64,000 nt of DNA from Puniceicoccaceae bacterium (GTDB lineage Bacteria; Verrucomicrobiota; Verrucomicrobiia; Opitutales; Oceanipulchritudinaceae): contig JBFOMH010000009.1 of the NCBI GenBank assembly GCA_040830765.1, positions 1 through 64,000 of the forward strand, read 5' to 3'. The notes under the pieces were generated by a model that was given only the letters and a program-made list of their open reading frames with translations, did no database searches and was not told the DNA's origin. The position numbers were made by a program, and so were the translations under genes. Below are positions 21,032 to 31,335 of the stretch, in pieces (within the stretch, counting starts at the first letter, position 1; every line of letters starts with the position of its first letter).

Positions 21032-22327
21032 ATGGCAAAAAAGAAGTCATCCTGGAAAAAGTGGATTTCACTGCTGGTCCTCCTCATCGTGGTCGCCGCT
21101 GTTGTCGGCGTCGGCGTCAAAGGCGGCGAGAAGGGCATTGAAGTGACGGTCAAGAAAGTCGACCGCGGCGATATTACCGCGCTGGTCACGGCAACCGGCA
21201 AGGTCCAGCCGGAAACGGAGGTTGTCATCTCCTCCGAAGTGCCCGGGGAAATCATCGAGTTACCAGTCAAGGACGGTGACTTTGTGGACCGGGGCAACCT
21301 CCTGGTCCGGGTCAATCCCGACACCCTTGAGGCGCAGGTCAAGCAACAGGAAGCTTCCCTCGCTGCCACCCGGGCCATGAGCGCCCAGCGAAGAGCGGAA
21401 ATGCTCCAGGCGGAACTGGATGTACGCCGGGCCTCCGAGTTGTTTGAAAAAGGCTTTGTCACCCAGGACGAACTGGACCAGGTGACCACCCGGCTGGAAG
21501 TGAGCAAGGCCGCCCACGAGTCCTCCCTGCACCAGATTGAACGGCAGGAGATGCAACTGCGCGAGGCCAGCGACCAATTGGCAAAGGCCAGCATCTTCTC
21601 TCCCATCGACGGAACCATTGTCCGCCTCAATTCCGAAATTGGGGACCGGGTTGTCGGCACCGGGCAATTTGCCGGAACGGAAATCCTACGCGTGGCCAAT
21701 CTCAACAACATGGAAGTCAGGGTCGAGGTCAGTGAGGCAGACATTGTCAATGTTGCCATCGGGCAGATAGCAAAGATTGAGATCGATGCCTTTCCCGACG
21801 AGGAGTTCGCCGGGACCGTTACCGAGATCGCCAATTCTGCCCGTACGACCAACGAGCGTAGCCAAGAGGAACTGACCACCTTTGAAGTTCGGATCAAGAT
21901 TGATGTCGCGGGCAAATCACTACGTCCCGGCATGACCGCTACCGCGGATATCGAAACCAACACCGTCACTGATGTGGTCAAGGTTCCCATTGGCAGCGTC
22001 GTCGTACGACCAAAGCGGGAAGTTGAAGGCAAGGATGCCGAAGAGGACAACGAATCCGGGGACGAAGAGGAAACGGAAAACACCAGCAGCAAGAACGGTC
22101 GGGATGACAACCGCGTCCGGGTCGTCTTCATCAAGGAAGACGGCAAGGCCCGCCTGCAGCAGGTGGAAACCGGCATTGCCAATACGGATGACATTGAGAT
22201 CAAGTCGGGCCTTGAGCCGGGAATGGAAGTGATCACCGGAAGCTACCGTGCCCTGACCCGTGAACTGAAGGACGGGAGCGAGGTCACTCTACGCGAGCAG
22301 GATGACAAGAAGGGCAAGGACTCCTGA
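21032..22327 (+). CDS. MacA-like periplasmic adaptor
   Basis: N-terminal [44 protein letters not shown]...IKSGL. Confidence 0.93.
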   Translation: MAKKKSSWKKWISLLVLLIVVAAVVGVGVKGGEKGIEVTVKKVDRGDITALVTATGKVQPETEVVISSEVPGEIIELPVKDGDFVDRGNLLVRVNPDTLEAQVKQQEASLAATRAMSAQRRAEMLQAELDVRRASELFEKGFVTQDELDQVTTRLEVSKAAHESSLHQIERQEMQLREASDQLAKASIFSPIDGTIVRLNSEIGDRVVGTGQFAGTEILRVANLNNMEVRVEVSEADIVNVAIGQIAKIEIDAFPDEEFAGTVTEIANSARTTNERSQEELTTFEVRIKIDVAGKSLRPGMTATADIETNTVTDVVKVPIGSVVVRPKREVEGKDAEEDNESGDEEETENTSSKNGRDDNRVRVVFIKEDGKARLQQVETGIANTDDIEIKSGLEPGMEVITGSYRALTRELKDGSEVTLREQDDKKGKDS

Positions 22328-22343
22328 TCCTGAAAAGGCCGCC

Positions 22344-23054
22344 ATGGAAGCTGTCATTCAGATTCGAAATCTGCGCAAGATTTACCGCCTTGGTGAAACG
22401 GAGGTTATTGCCCTCAATGGGGTCGACCTTGACGTCCACGGGAACGAGTACGTAGCCATCATGGGGCCGTCCGGCAGCGGTAAGTCGACCCTCATGAACA
22501 TTATCGGCTGCCTCGATATCCCGACCTCTGGAACTTATCATCTTGCGGGCGAGCCGGTCGATGAAATGGACGATGATGCCCTGGCCCTGATCCGCAACCG
22601 GCGCATCGGGTTCATTTTTCAGAGCTTCAACCTCCTTCCCCGGACCTCCATCCTCCGCAACGTCGAGTTGCCCCTCGTTTACTCCGGCATGAGCAAGGAT
22701 GAGCGGACCGAAAAGGCAGCCATGGCTTTGGAAAAGGTTGGCCTGCGCGACCGCATGATGCACCAGCCAAACGAACTTTCCGGTGGCCAGCGGCAGCGGG
22801 TGGCCATCGCCCGGGCCCTTGTCAACGAACCGTCCATCCTCTTGGCCGACGAGCCGACGGGTAATCTCGACTCCCATACCGGTCAGGAGATCATGTCGCT
22901 CTTCGAGGAGCTGTTTGAGCAGGGGCACTCCCTTCTTGTCGTCACCCACGAGGATGACATCGCCAATCACGCCCGCCGCTGTATCCGCTTGCGGGACGGT
23001 CTCATCGAGTCGGACACACCCATCCATCAACCGCTGCTATCAAAAACATCATGA
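22344..23054 (+). CDS. ABC transporter ATP-binding protein (MacB-type)
   Basis: Start ATG 22344; [37 protein letters not shown]. Confidence 0.96.
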   Translation: MEAVIQIRNLRKIYRLGETEVIALNGVDLDVHGNEYVAIMGPSGSGKSTLMNIIGCLDIPTSGTYHLAGEPVDEMDDDALALIRNRRIGFIFQSFNLLPRTSILRNVELPLVYSGMSKDERTEKAAMALEKVGLRDRMMHQPNELSGGQRQRVAIARALVNEPSILLADEPTGNLDSHTGQEIMSLFEELFEQGHSLLVVTHEDDIANHARRCIRLRDGLIESDTPIHQPLLSKTS

Positions 23055-24316
23055 ACCTTGCCCGCCTTGGCAGTGAATGGTCAGAAGCCTTCCGCATCGC
23101 TCTTGAGCAACTGCGGATGCACAAGGCGCGTTCCATGCTGACCGCCCTCGGGGTCATTATCGGCATCGTCGCCGTGACCCTCATGGGGACGGCCATCAAG
23201 GGCATCGACACCGGATTCACGAACAGCCTCGATATGCTTGGGCAAGACATCCTCTATATTGAGAAATGGCCTTGGGGTGATGTTGGGGATAACTGGGTAA
23301 TGTATCGCAACCGCCGCAATATCGAACTCGAGGACGCCGAGAAGATCAACGACTGGATTGCCCGCAACCCGGACAGCAACCTGCGGATTGCCGTGCCTTC
23401 CAATGTGGCCGTGTCGGGAATTACCCGCGAGGACCGGTCTGCCTCGGGCATCTACATCAATGGAACATCGGCGGACTTCGCCATCATCAACACCGCTGAC
23501 CTGCAACATGGCCGCTTTTTTACCCACACTGAGGAACTGAGCCGGCAAAATGTCATTATCCTTGGCTACGATGTGGCCAATTCCCTATTTCCGGAGGGGA
23601 TCGAGCAGGCGATTGACAACACAGTACGGATGCGGGGCTTGAAATTCAAGGTGGTTGGCGTGCTGGAACGCCAGGGGTCTTTCCTTGGCCTGCAAAGCTT
23701 CGACAAGCAGGCGATCGTCCCGCTGCCGGCATTGCAGAAGTTCTCGCGCAGCGACTGGCGCAATAATCTGCGGGTGCAAATTGCCCCGGGGGCCGACTCC
23801 GATCTCGCTTATGACGAGATGACCGGACTCTACCGGCGCATTCGCGGACTGTTGCCGGAGGAGCGGAACGATTTTGAAATCAATCGCTCGGAGGCGCTCG
23901 AGAAGGAATTAGGCCCCGTCAAGTCGGGCCTCGCCATCGCGGGTTTCTTCATTACCGGACTGGCGCTCTTTGTCGGAGCCATCGGCATCATGAACATTAC
24001 CTTTGTCAGCGTGAAGGAACGCACCCGGGAGATCGGCACACGCAGAGCCATCGGGGCGAGACGCAATGCCATTCTCCTCCAGTTCCTGATCGAGGCTGTC
24101 TCCATTTGCCTGCTGGGAGGCATCATCGGCTTGGCTCTGGCCTATGGGTTGAAAACGGCCATCTCCAACGCCCTGCCCAACTTCCCCTTCACCTTTTCCA
24201 CCGACCTGGTCATCCTGGCCTGTTTCCTCTCCATCCTGACCGGCGTCCTCTCCGGACTGGCCCCGGCATGGCAGGCCGCCAAACTGGATCCGGCTAACGC
24301 TCTCCGGCACGAATAA
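23051..24316 (+). CDS. MacB-type ABC permease (single unit) 1
   Basis: [30 protein letters not shown], ends [10 protein letters not shown]. Confidence 0.94.
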   Translation: MNLARLGSEWSEAFRIALEQLRMHKARSMLTALGVIIGIVAVTLMGTAIKGIDTGFTNSLDMLGQDILYIEKWPWGDVGDNWVMYRNRRNIELEDAEKINDWIARNPDSNLRIAVPSNVAVSGITREDRSASGIYINGTSADFAIINTADLQHGRFFTHTEELSRQNVIILGYDVANSLFPEGIEQAIDNTVRMRGLKFKVVGVLERQGSFLGLQSFDKQAIVPLPALQKFSRSDWRNNLRVQIAPGADSDLAYDEMTGLYRRIRGLLPEERNDFEINRSEALEKELGPVKSGLAIAGFFITGLALFVGAIGIMNITFVSVKERTREIGTRRAIGARRNAILLQFLIEAVSICLLGGIIGLALAYGLKTAISNALPNFPFTFSTDLVILACFLSILTGVLSGLAPAWQAAKLDPANALRHE

Positions 24317-24334
24317 TTCCGGAGCCTCCTATCC

Positions 24335-25570
24335 ATGAAACTGCAGCTTTCCGACCTTCTCGACCTCTCGGCCCGCGCGCTCGGTGCCAACAAGCTGCGC
24401 TCGGGACTGACCATTCTCGGCATCACCATTGGAGTCTTTTCCGTGGTTGGTGTCATGACCGCCCTCTCGGCTATTCGCCAAAGCATCGATACCGGCCTGA
24501 GCATCTTTGCCGCCAATGTCTTTGAGATTTCCAAGTACCCTGCCATCCGCATGGACGACACGTGGCGTAAATACCGCAACCGACCCAGTATCACGCCCCG
24601 GCAGGCACTCGAATTTGCCCAGCGCATGGCCCCGGAAGGCCTTCCAGTAACGGTCTATGCGACGGATGGCGGCGAACGGGTCCGATACGAGAGCAACCGC
24701 ACATCACCAAACATCCGCATCTGTGGAGCCAACGAGAATTTCCTGTTAACCCACAAGTATGACTTGGCCTACGGGCGCAACATCAACGAGTCAGACCTTG
24801 AGTTCAACCGGCCCGTTATCGTCATCGGTCATGCCATTGAACAGGAGCTTTTCCCAACCGAGAATCCCATCGGCAAATCAGTAGTTGCGGACGACAACCG
24901 CTATACAATTGTCGGGGTCCTGAAGGAGAGGGGTAAGCTATTCGGCAACAGCATGGACAACCTGGTCATTATCCCGGTGACCCGCTTCGTGGCTAACAAC
25001 TGGAACCACCGCCGCAGCATGGACGTTTCCGTCATGGCCTCCTCGGCTGTTGAAATGGGCAATGCCCAGGATACGGCTATCGGCTATTTCCGGCAAGTGC
25101 GTGGCCTGGAGCCTGAGGAAGAAAATGACTTCGAGATCTTTTCCAATGATTCCCTGCAGGAGGCTTTCGCCCGGATAGCCCGGGTTGTGGGGACCGGTGG
25201 CCTCCTAATTAGTGCCATTGCCCTGCTCTGCGCCGGGGTTGGCATTATGAATATCATGCTCGTCAGCGTAACGGAACGAACACGCGAGATCGGACTCAGG
25301 AAATCGATCGGGGCCCGCAAGCGGGACATCCTCCGGCAGTTCCTGCTCGAGGCCATTGCCCTCTCTCTCCTGGGCGGATTTGGAGGAATTGTCCTCGGTT
25401 GGGTTGTTGGCAACATGGTTGCCGCACAGATGAATGTACCGATGATTATCCCCTGGTTCTGGATCGGAATCGCCCTGTCCGTGTGCACAGGTATCGGGGT
25501 CGGTTTTGGCTTCTTCCCAGCCTGGCGGGCAGCTCAATTGGAACCGGTCGAAGCGCTTCGCTACGAGTGA
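24335..25570 (+). CDS. MacB-type ABC permease (single unit) 2
   Basis: RSGLTILGITIG, GVGIMNIMLVSVTERTREIG, ends LEPVEALRYE. Confidence 0.94.
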   Translation: MKLQLSDLLDLSARALGANKLRSGLTILGITIGVFSVVGVMTALSAIRQSIDTGLSIFAANVFEISKYPAIRMDDTWRKYRNRPSITPRQALEFAQRMAPEGLPVTVYATDGGERVRYESNRTSPNIRICGANENFLLTHKYDLAYGRNINESDLEFNRPVIVIGHAIEQELFPTENPIGKSVVADDNRYTIVGVLKERGKLFGNSMDNLVIIPVTRFVANNWNHRRSMDVSVMASSAVEMGNAQDTAIGYFRQVRGLEPEEENDFEIFSNDSLQEAFARIARVVGTGGLLISAIALLCAGVGIMNIMLVSVTERTREIGLRKSIGARKRDILRQFLLEAIALSLLGGFGGIVLGWVVGNMVAAQMNVPMIIPWFWIGIALSVCTGIGVGFGFFPAWRAAQLEPVEALRYE

Positions 25571-25579
25571 AGCCGGAAC

Positions 25580-26230
25580 TCAGTCACCAGCACCGGTCCG
25601 CCTGACAATTTCCCGCTTGAGATAGGCCGGTGCCCCCTTGCGCATCTCCGGCCTGCCGTAAATCGTCCGCTCGGGATAGAACTCGGTCCCGAACTGCACC
25701 TCCTCAGCAGCTTCTTCCCCGAGCACCTCCTTGATAAAGGCGAGAACCAGATCCATGCCGGCGGAGACCCCGGCAGACGTCCAGATGTTGCCGTCCCGGA
25801 CAAAGCGTTCTTCCAGGACCTTAATGTTTCCAAATTTACCAAGGCGTCCCAGCATGCTCCAGTAGGTGGTGGCTGACTTCCCTTCCAGAAAGCCGGCCGC
25901 GGCGAGGAGAAAAGCTCCGGTACAAACAGAAAGGACGTGGTCACAGGCATTCCCCTTTTCTTTAAGGAACTCCAGGAAGACGGGATTCTTCAATTCCGTC
26001 CGCGACCCCTTGCCGCCTGGCACAAGGAGACAATTCATTTCAGGACAGTTCTCAAAGGTGTAGTGAGGACGAACAACCAGGCCCTTGGCACATTGCAAGT
26101 CACCCGGTTGCTCCGCCACAATGAAACAGTCATCCATGCGTCCAATGGACTTCAGGTAGGCAATGAATTCCCAGGGGCCCATCAGGTCGAGCTCCTCCAT
26201 GTTATTGTAGGCAAGAAAGGCAAAACGCAT
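25580..26230 (-). CDS. DJ-1/PfpI family protein (isonitrile hydratase-like)
   Basis: Start at ATG 26230; EELDLMGPWE, LLVPGG, SVCTGA nucleophile elbow, TSAGVSAGMD. Confidence 0.9.
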   Translation of the reverse strand: MRFAFLAYNNMEELDLMGPWEFIAYLKSIGRMDDCFIVAEQPGDLQCAKGLVVRPHYTFENCPEMNCLLVPGGKGSRTELKNPVFLEFLKEKGNACDHVLSVCTGAFLLAAAGFLEGKSATTYWSMLGRLGKFGNIKVLEERFVRDGNIWTSAGVSAGMDLVLAFIKEVLGEEAAEEVQFGTEFYPERTIYGRPEMRKGAPAYLKREIVRRTGAGD

Positions 26231-26340
26231 GAATAGCAATTTAGGCCAACCGGACAACAAGGCAAGCGGCTACCAGACTCTAAGCCAGTTGACAGAAATC
26301 CCCCCGATTGAATAAATGAGGCTTACCGCTTTCACCCCAT

Positions 26341-27708
26341 ATGAAAATAGAATCCAATTCCCGCCGTAATTTCCTCAAGAATACCGCCATCGCTGGCTCC
26401 GGACTGCTCATTCTCCCCAGTGGGACCTTCGCCTCCGCTGCCTCGCCCAGCAACAAGCTGAACATTGGCCTCATCGGCTGCTGGGGCCGCGCCCGGGCCC
26501 ACTGGTCCTTTGTTGCCAAGGAAAACGTCGTCGCTGTCTGTGACGTCAACGACAAGTGCATGGCCATCGGGCTGGAAGCCCTTGGCAACCCGAAGGCCAA
26601 AACCTACAAGGATTGGCGGGTCATGCTGGACAAACAGAAAGACCTCGATGCCATTGTTGTCTGCACCCCCGACCACACGCACGCCCACATCGCCACATGG
26701 GCCCTCAACAGGGACCTCCATGTCTATTTGGAAAAGCCCATCGGCAACTCCGTGCATGAGGCCCGGACGGTCCGTTTGAAATGGGACGAAAAGGGCCGCA
26801 AGGTAGCCACCCAAGTAGGGACTCAGCGGCACGCCTTTGAAAACTTTCGGCGCGTCAGGGAATTGATCCGCGATGGAGCTGTCGGGGATCTGCGTGAGGT
26901 CCACGCCTGGGGCAACCGCGTTCGCAAGCACACCAATTATCCTTCCGGAGGCGATCCGGTTCCGGCCCATATTGACCACGACCTCTGGTGTGGTCCCTCC
27001 CCCTATCATCCGTACGACGACTTTTACTGGAATAACCTGATCAAGAAGGAACCGGCACCAGGCTCAAATTGCCTCATGTGGAACCAGTTCTGGGACTTTG
27101 GCACCGGGCAGGTGGGAGACATGGGGAGTCATACAATGGACCTTGCCTGGAACGCCATTGACGGTGACTTGCCCCTGTCTGCCGCGGCGGAAGGAGAGCC
27201 AATTCTCCCCGATGTCGCTCCTGGCGAATTCCACGCCATCTATTTGCTCCCGGCCAACGAATGGCGGGGCAAAATCCGTGCTCACTGGTGGCAGGGCGGC
27301 ATGATGCCGAACTCCCCCAGCCCATGGGTGGATCTCACGCAGATTGGCCACGGGGCCATGTTCAAGGGCACCAAGGGATTCCTTGTCGCCGGATTCAACA
27401 ACCGCTTGATCATCCCATACGGCAAGGAGGCGGACATGAGCTACTATGACAAACGGGCCGTTGAGGACCTTCTCCCTGAGCCACTTGGCTTCCAGGAGGA
27501 ATGGGTCCATGCCTGCAAGACAGGGGCCCCAACGTCGTGTGATTTTAACTACAATGGCCGCATGATGGAAATGATGCTCCTTGGCCTCGCCGCTTACCAG
27601 GCGGGCGATGAAGTGGATTATGACGGTGCCAGCGGCACGACCAATAGTGCCCGGGTCAACAATTTCCTGCAAAAAACCTACCGCGAGGGCTGGCCGCTGG
27701 ACGGCTGA
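26341..27708 (+). CDS. Tat-exported Gfo/Idh/MocA family oxidoreductase
   Basis: SRRNFLK twin-arginine signal, VAVCDV, TPDHTH, YLEKP, TQVGTQ, GDMGSH. Confidence 0.92.
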   Translation: MKIESNSRRNFLKNTAIAGSGLLILPSGTFASAASPSNKLNIGLIGCWGRARAHWSFVAKENVVAVCDVNDKCMAIGLEALGNPKAKTYKDWRVMLDKQKDLDAIVVCTPDHTHAHIATWALNRDLHVYLEKPIGNSVHEARTVRLKWDEKGRKVATQVGTQRHAFENFRRVRELIRDGAVGDLREVHAWGNRVRKHTNYPSGGDPVPAHIDHDLWCGPSPYHPYDDFYWNNLIKKEPAPGSNCLMWNQFWDFGTGQVGDMGSHTMDLAWNAIDGDLPLSAAAEGEPILPDVAPGEFHAIYLLPANEWRGKIRAHWWQGGMMPNSPSPWVDLTQIGHGAMFKGTKGFLVAGFNNRLIIPYGKEADMSYYDKRAVEDLLPEPLGFQEEWVHACKTGAPTSCDFNYNGRMMEMMLLGLAAYQAGDEVDYDGASGTTNSARVNNFLQKTYREGWPLDG

Positions 27709-27728
27709 AATTTCTTCAATTGCCCTCC

Positions 27729-28706
27729 ATGCATCGCCTCCTTGCCATCTTCACCAATCTCTTTCCCCTCTGGGTGGTCCTCTGCTGCGCCATCGCGCTG
27801 GTCGAGCCAGCTGCGTTCACCTGGGTGAACCGGACACTGATCATCTGGGGCCTCGGCATCATCATGCTGGGCATGGGCATTACCCTCAGCCTGGACGACT
27901 TCAAACGGGTCCTGACAATGCCCAAGTCAGTGGCCACCGGCCTCGCCGCCCAGTTCATCCTGATGCCGCTCTGTGCCTGGTCCATCGCCCACCTGATGGA
28001 TCTTCCGGTCCCTTACAAGGTCGGCCTGATCCTGGTATCCTGCTGCCCCGGCGGAACGGCTTCCAACGTCGTCACCTACCTCGCCAGGGCCAATGTCGCC
28101 TTGTCCGTCCTCATGACAATGTGTTCCACTTCTGCGGCCATCATCCTGACGCCTCTACTGACCAGCTGGCTGGCCGGGGAGTATGTTCCTGTCGACGGCT
28201 GGCAGCTCTTTATCAGCATGGTCAAGATTGTCCTGCTGCCTCTTGTGCTCGGCGTCACCTTGCATCACCTCTTCCCGAAGGCGGTCAAGGTTGTCCTTCC
28301 CGTGGGGCCCCTGATCGCGGTTGTGGTTATTGCCCTGATCTGTGCCAGTATCATCGGAGCCAATGCCGAGGCGGTTAAGGAGTCCGGACTGGCCCTGCTG
28401 GGAGCGGTTGTCCTGCTGCACAGCACCGCGTTTGCGGCCGGATATGGATTTGCCTGGATTTTTGGTTATGAAAAGGCCATCCGCCGGACCATTTCGATTG
28501 AGGTGGGCATGCAGAACTCCGGCCTCGCAACCGTCCTTGCCCGGTCCCACTTTGCCAATCCGCTGACAGCCATCCCGTGTGCCATTTCGGCAGTTACGCA
28601 CTCTGTCATCGGCAGTATCGCCGCCGCCTGGTGGCGGACGCGCCCGACGGAGAGTCAACCTGAAGAGACCATTGGTGAGGAGGATACAGCCTCGGAAATT
28701 TTCTAG
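27729..28706 (+). CDS. Bile acid:sodium symporter family transporter
   Basis: MLGMG, AQFILMP, CCPGGTASNV, SIEVGMQNSGL. Confidence 0.94.
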   Translation: MHRLLAIFTNLFPLWVVLCCAIALVEPAAFTWVNRTLIIWGLGIIMLGMGITLSLDDFKRVLTMPKSVATGLAAQFILMPLCAWSIAHLMDLPVPYKVGLILVSCCPGGTASNVVTYLARANVALSVLMTMCSTSAAIILTPLLTSWLAGEYVPVDGWQLFISMVKIVLLPLVLGVTLHHLFPKAVKVVLPVGPLIAVVVIALICASIIGANAEAVKESGLALLGAVVLLHSTAFAAGYGFAWIFGYEKAIRRTISIEVGMQNSGLATVLARSHFANPLTAIPCAISAVTHSVIGSIAAAWWRTRPTESQPEETIGEEDTASEIF

Positions 28707-28813
28707 AGTCTCCAAAATCGGTCCTGTTGAAGATAGGGATTGCCTTGTTTGCTCATAGCTCAAACGATTGCGTTTCGCTCTCCGAGCGTTTCAGGCAACC
28801 CAGTGCGATTTTC

Positions 28814-30217
28814 ATGAATAAAATCCCTCTCTCCCTTCTGGCAGCATCCTTTCTGGCTGGCTGCGCAGTCCCTCCACCACCCACTGCGGAAGAATCCCTC
28901 GACATGGCTCTTCCGGAAACCACTGAAGTCCGTGACAGCTATGCCTCCCAACAGGATGGCGAAATTGGTCCAGTACCGGCCAACTTCATCCACGCCTTTG
29001 GCGATCCGCAATTGGACGCCATTGTCGACGAGGCCCTGCAAAACAACCTCAATCTCCGGGCCAGCGCTTCCCGTGTGGAGGCCTCGGCGGGTTTTGTCAC
29101 CCAGGCTGGCGCAGCCATGAAGCCTGTTGTTTCCGCTGCTGGTGAGGCTGTGGAAACCGGATATAGCGGCATCCCCCAGCAGAGCAGCAACCAGATTGGC
29201 CTCGGGGTTTCCTGGGAGCTGGACATCTGGGGCAAGGTCCGGGCCCAGACAGCCGCTGCGGAAGCGGACTTTGAAGCAGCCACGGCTGACTACGAATTCG
29301 CGCGGCTATCCCTCAAGGCCCAGGTCGCCAAGAGCTGGTTCACCGGGGTCGAGACCTTCAAACAGGTGGCTTACGCCCAGGAAGTGGTCGAGCTCTACGC
29401 CAAGACACTGGACATCGTGAACACCAAGCACGAATTCGGCGAAATCGGCATGAAGGAGGTCCACCTTGCCCGGGCCGACCTGTCTTCGGCCAAGGAGCGG
29501 TTACGCCAAGCCACGGGCGCCCATGAGGTTGCCCTCCGGAGCCTTGAAGTGTTGCTCAGCCGCTATCCCTCCGCGGAGCTTCAGGTGGCCGAGGAATTTG
29601 TCGCCGTCCCACCAGCCATTCCGGTAGGACTCCCTTCGGAGCTCATCGAGCGGCGGCCGGACCTCGTTGCCGCGGAGCGCCGGGTGGCGGCTTCCTTTAA
29701 CCTGACTACCGCAGCCAAGGCCGCCCGCCTCCCCTCAATTGGGCTTACTGCGGGAGGCGGGGCCGTCAATAACCAGATGACCTCCCTCCTCGGTTCCGGA
29801 AGCAGCTTCTGGAATGTCGGGGCGAATTTCCTCGCCCCAATCTATTCTGGCGGTGCCCTGCAGGCCCAGGTGGAAATCCAGACTGCCCAGCAGGAGGCTG
29901 CCCTTGCCGATTACGGCCAGAAGGCCCTGGTCGCCTTTGGTGAAGTGGAGACGGCCCTCAGCAACGAGACCATCCTGCGCCAGCGCGAGGAATTGCTCGA
30001 CGCCATTGTGGAGGACAACGAACGGGCCCTGGAGCTGGCCAACACACAGTTTGAAAATGGCGATATTGAGCTTCTCGATGTCCTCCAGATGCAAGCCCGG
30101 GTGGTCAATGCCAAGGTGGCCCAGATCAGTATTCGCAACGCCCGCCTCGCTGAGCGCATCAACCTGCACCTTGCCCTTGGTGGAGACTTTAATTCCGAAC
30201 AATCGACAACTGAATGA
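28814..30217 (+). CDS. Efflux outer membrane lipoprotein (NodT/OprM/TolC family)
   Basis: Start ATG 28814; lipobox FLAGC, FGDPQL...ALQNN, SWELDIWG, LPSELIERRPD, LHLALGG. Confidence 0.94.
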   Translation: MNKIPLSLLAASFLAGCAVPPPPTAEESLDMALPETTEVRDSYASQQDGEIGPVPANFIHAFGDPQLDAIVDEALQNNLNLRASASRVEASAGFVTQAGAAMKPVVSAAGEAVETGYSGIPQQSSNQIGLGVSWELDIWGKVRAQTAAAEADFEAATADYEFARLSLKAQVAKSWFTGVETFKQVAYAQEVVELYAKTLDIVNTKHEFGEIGMKEVHLARADLSSAKERLRQATGAHEVALRSLEVLLSRYPSAELQVAEEFVAVPPAIPVGLPSELIERRPDLVAAERRVAASFNLTTAAKAARLPSIGLTAGGGAVNNQMTSLLGSGSSFWNVGANFLAPIYSGGALQAQVEIQTAQQEAALADYGQKALVAFGEVETALSNETILRQREELLDAIVEDNERALELANTQFENGDIELLDVLQMQARVVNAKVAQISIRNARLAERINLHLALGGDFNSEQSTTE

Positions 30218-31326
30218 TGATGAAACCGAATTCCCTGATTCACTCCTACCTTCGCCTCCTTGCCGGTGCCGCGGCCATCACCCTGTTATTTTCCGCCTGC
30301 GGGAAGCAGGAGGAACCACCCGCCCCGGAAGCCGTTCGACCGGTCAAGATGATCACCCTTAAAGCAGGTGGCCTAACCCGTGAAATTTCCCTGCCGGGGC
30401 AGGTATTCCCCGCCCGGCAAGCCAACATGGCATTTGAGGTGCCGGGCACGATGACGGATATCTACGTCACGGAAGGGCAGGAAGTAAGCGCAGGTCAGCT
30501 CCTGGCCCGACTGGATGCGCGGGACTACAAATCTGCCCTGGAGGCCGCCAAGGCGCAGCTGGACATTGCCATTATCGAGGAACAGCGGGCCCGGTCCCTC
30601 TTCGAGAGCCAGGCTACATCCAAGCAGCGCCTGGATACGGCCGCGAGCAACCTGCGTATTGCCCAGGCGACATATGACCGGGCCGAAAAGGCCTTCCTCG
30701 ACACTTCCTTGATCGCTCCCATCGACGGGGTTATCGCCCGGGTCATGGTTGACGATATCGTCAACGTCCAGGCCAAACAGGACATCCTGATCCTGCAGGA
30801 CAATTCTTCCCTCAAGGTGACGGTGGATGTTCCGGAAACCTTGAATATCCTCTCCGATCGCAATCTCACTTATGAAGAACGGACGGAAAAGTCCAATATC
30901 CGGGTCTCCATGACGGCCCTTCCGGAGAGGAGCTTCCCGGCCCGGATCATCGAGGTCTCCATGACGGCTGACCCGCTCACCCGGACCTACAGGGGGACGG
31001 TCGCCATGGAAAGGCCGGAGGACTTGAATGTCCTTCCCGGCATGACAGCTACCGTTACCGCGACGGTGCCTGAAAACGCAACTACCCGCCCGGACGCTTT
31101 CCATGTTCCTGCCCAGGCGATCATCTCTGATGACGAGGGTAACGGGATTATCTGGGTCGTTTCACCGGAGGACATGACCGTCCGCCAGCAAATCATCACA
31201 AAGGGCACCATTGTTGGTGACAGCATGGAAATTTTCTCTCCGGAATTGTCCGAAGGGGACTTGGTGGTCACTTCTGGCGTCAGCCAACTCGCTCCCGGCC
31301 AGAAGGTGCGGAAATTCGAAAAGTAG
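30214..31326 (+). CDS. RND efflux periplasmic adaptor
   Basis: Lipobox-like FSAC, RPVK, AFEVPG, LIAPIDG, LPGMTA, VVTSG. Confidence 0.93.
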   Translation: MMMKPNSLIHSYLRLLAGAAAITLLFSACGKQEEPPAPEAVRPVKMITLKAGGLTREISLPGQVFPARQANMAFEVPGTMTDIYVTEGQEVSAGQLLARLDARDYKSALEAAKAQLDIAIIEEQRARSLFESQATSKQRLDTAASNLRIAQATYDRAEKAFLDTSLIAPIDGVIARVMVDDIVNVQAKQDILILQDNSSLKVTVDVPETLNILSDRNLTYEERTEKSNIRVSMTALPERSFPARIIEVSMTADPLTRTYRGTVAMERPEDLNVLPGMTATVTATVPENATTRPDAFHVPAQAIISDDEGNGIIWVVSPEDMTVRQQIITKGTIVGDSMEIFSPELSEGDLVVTSGVSQLAPGQKVRKFEK

Positions 31327-31335
31327 GCCATCCCG

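Noticed and set aside
21016..22236. 406-aa antisense ORF; similar ones at 46481-47689, 56243-57595 and 62498-63520
   Set aside because: Lie opposite well-supported genes, with composition typical of antisense frames.
8460..25570. RiPP or bacteriocin biosynthetic cluster around the exporters
   Set aside because: No precursor ORF, radical SAM, peptidase or other modifying enzyme in or next to the array.
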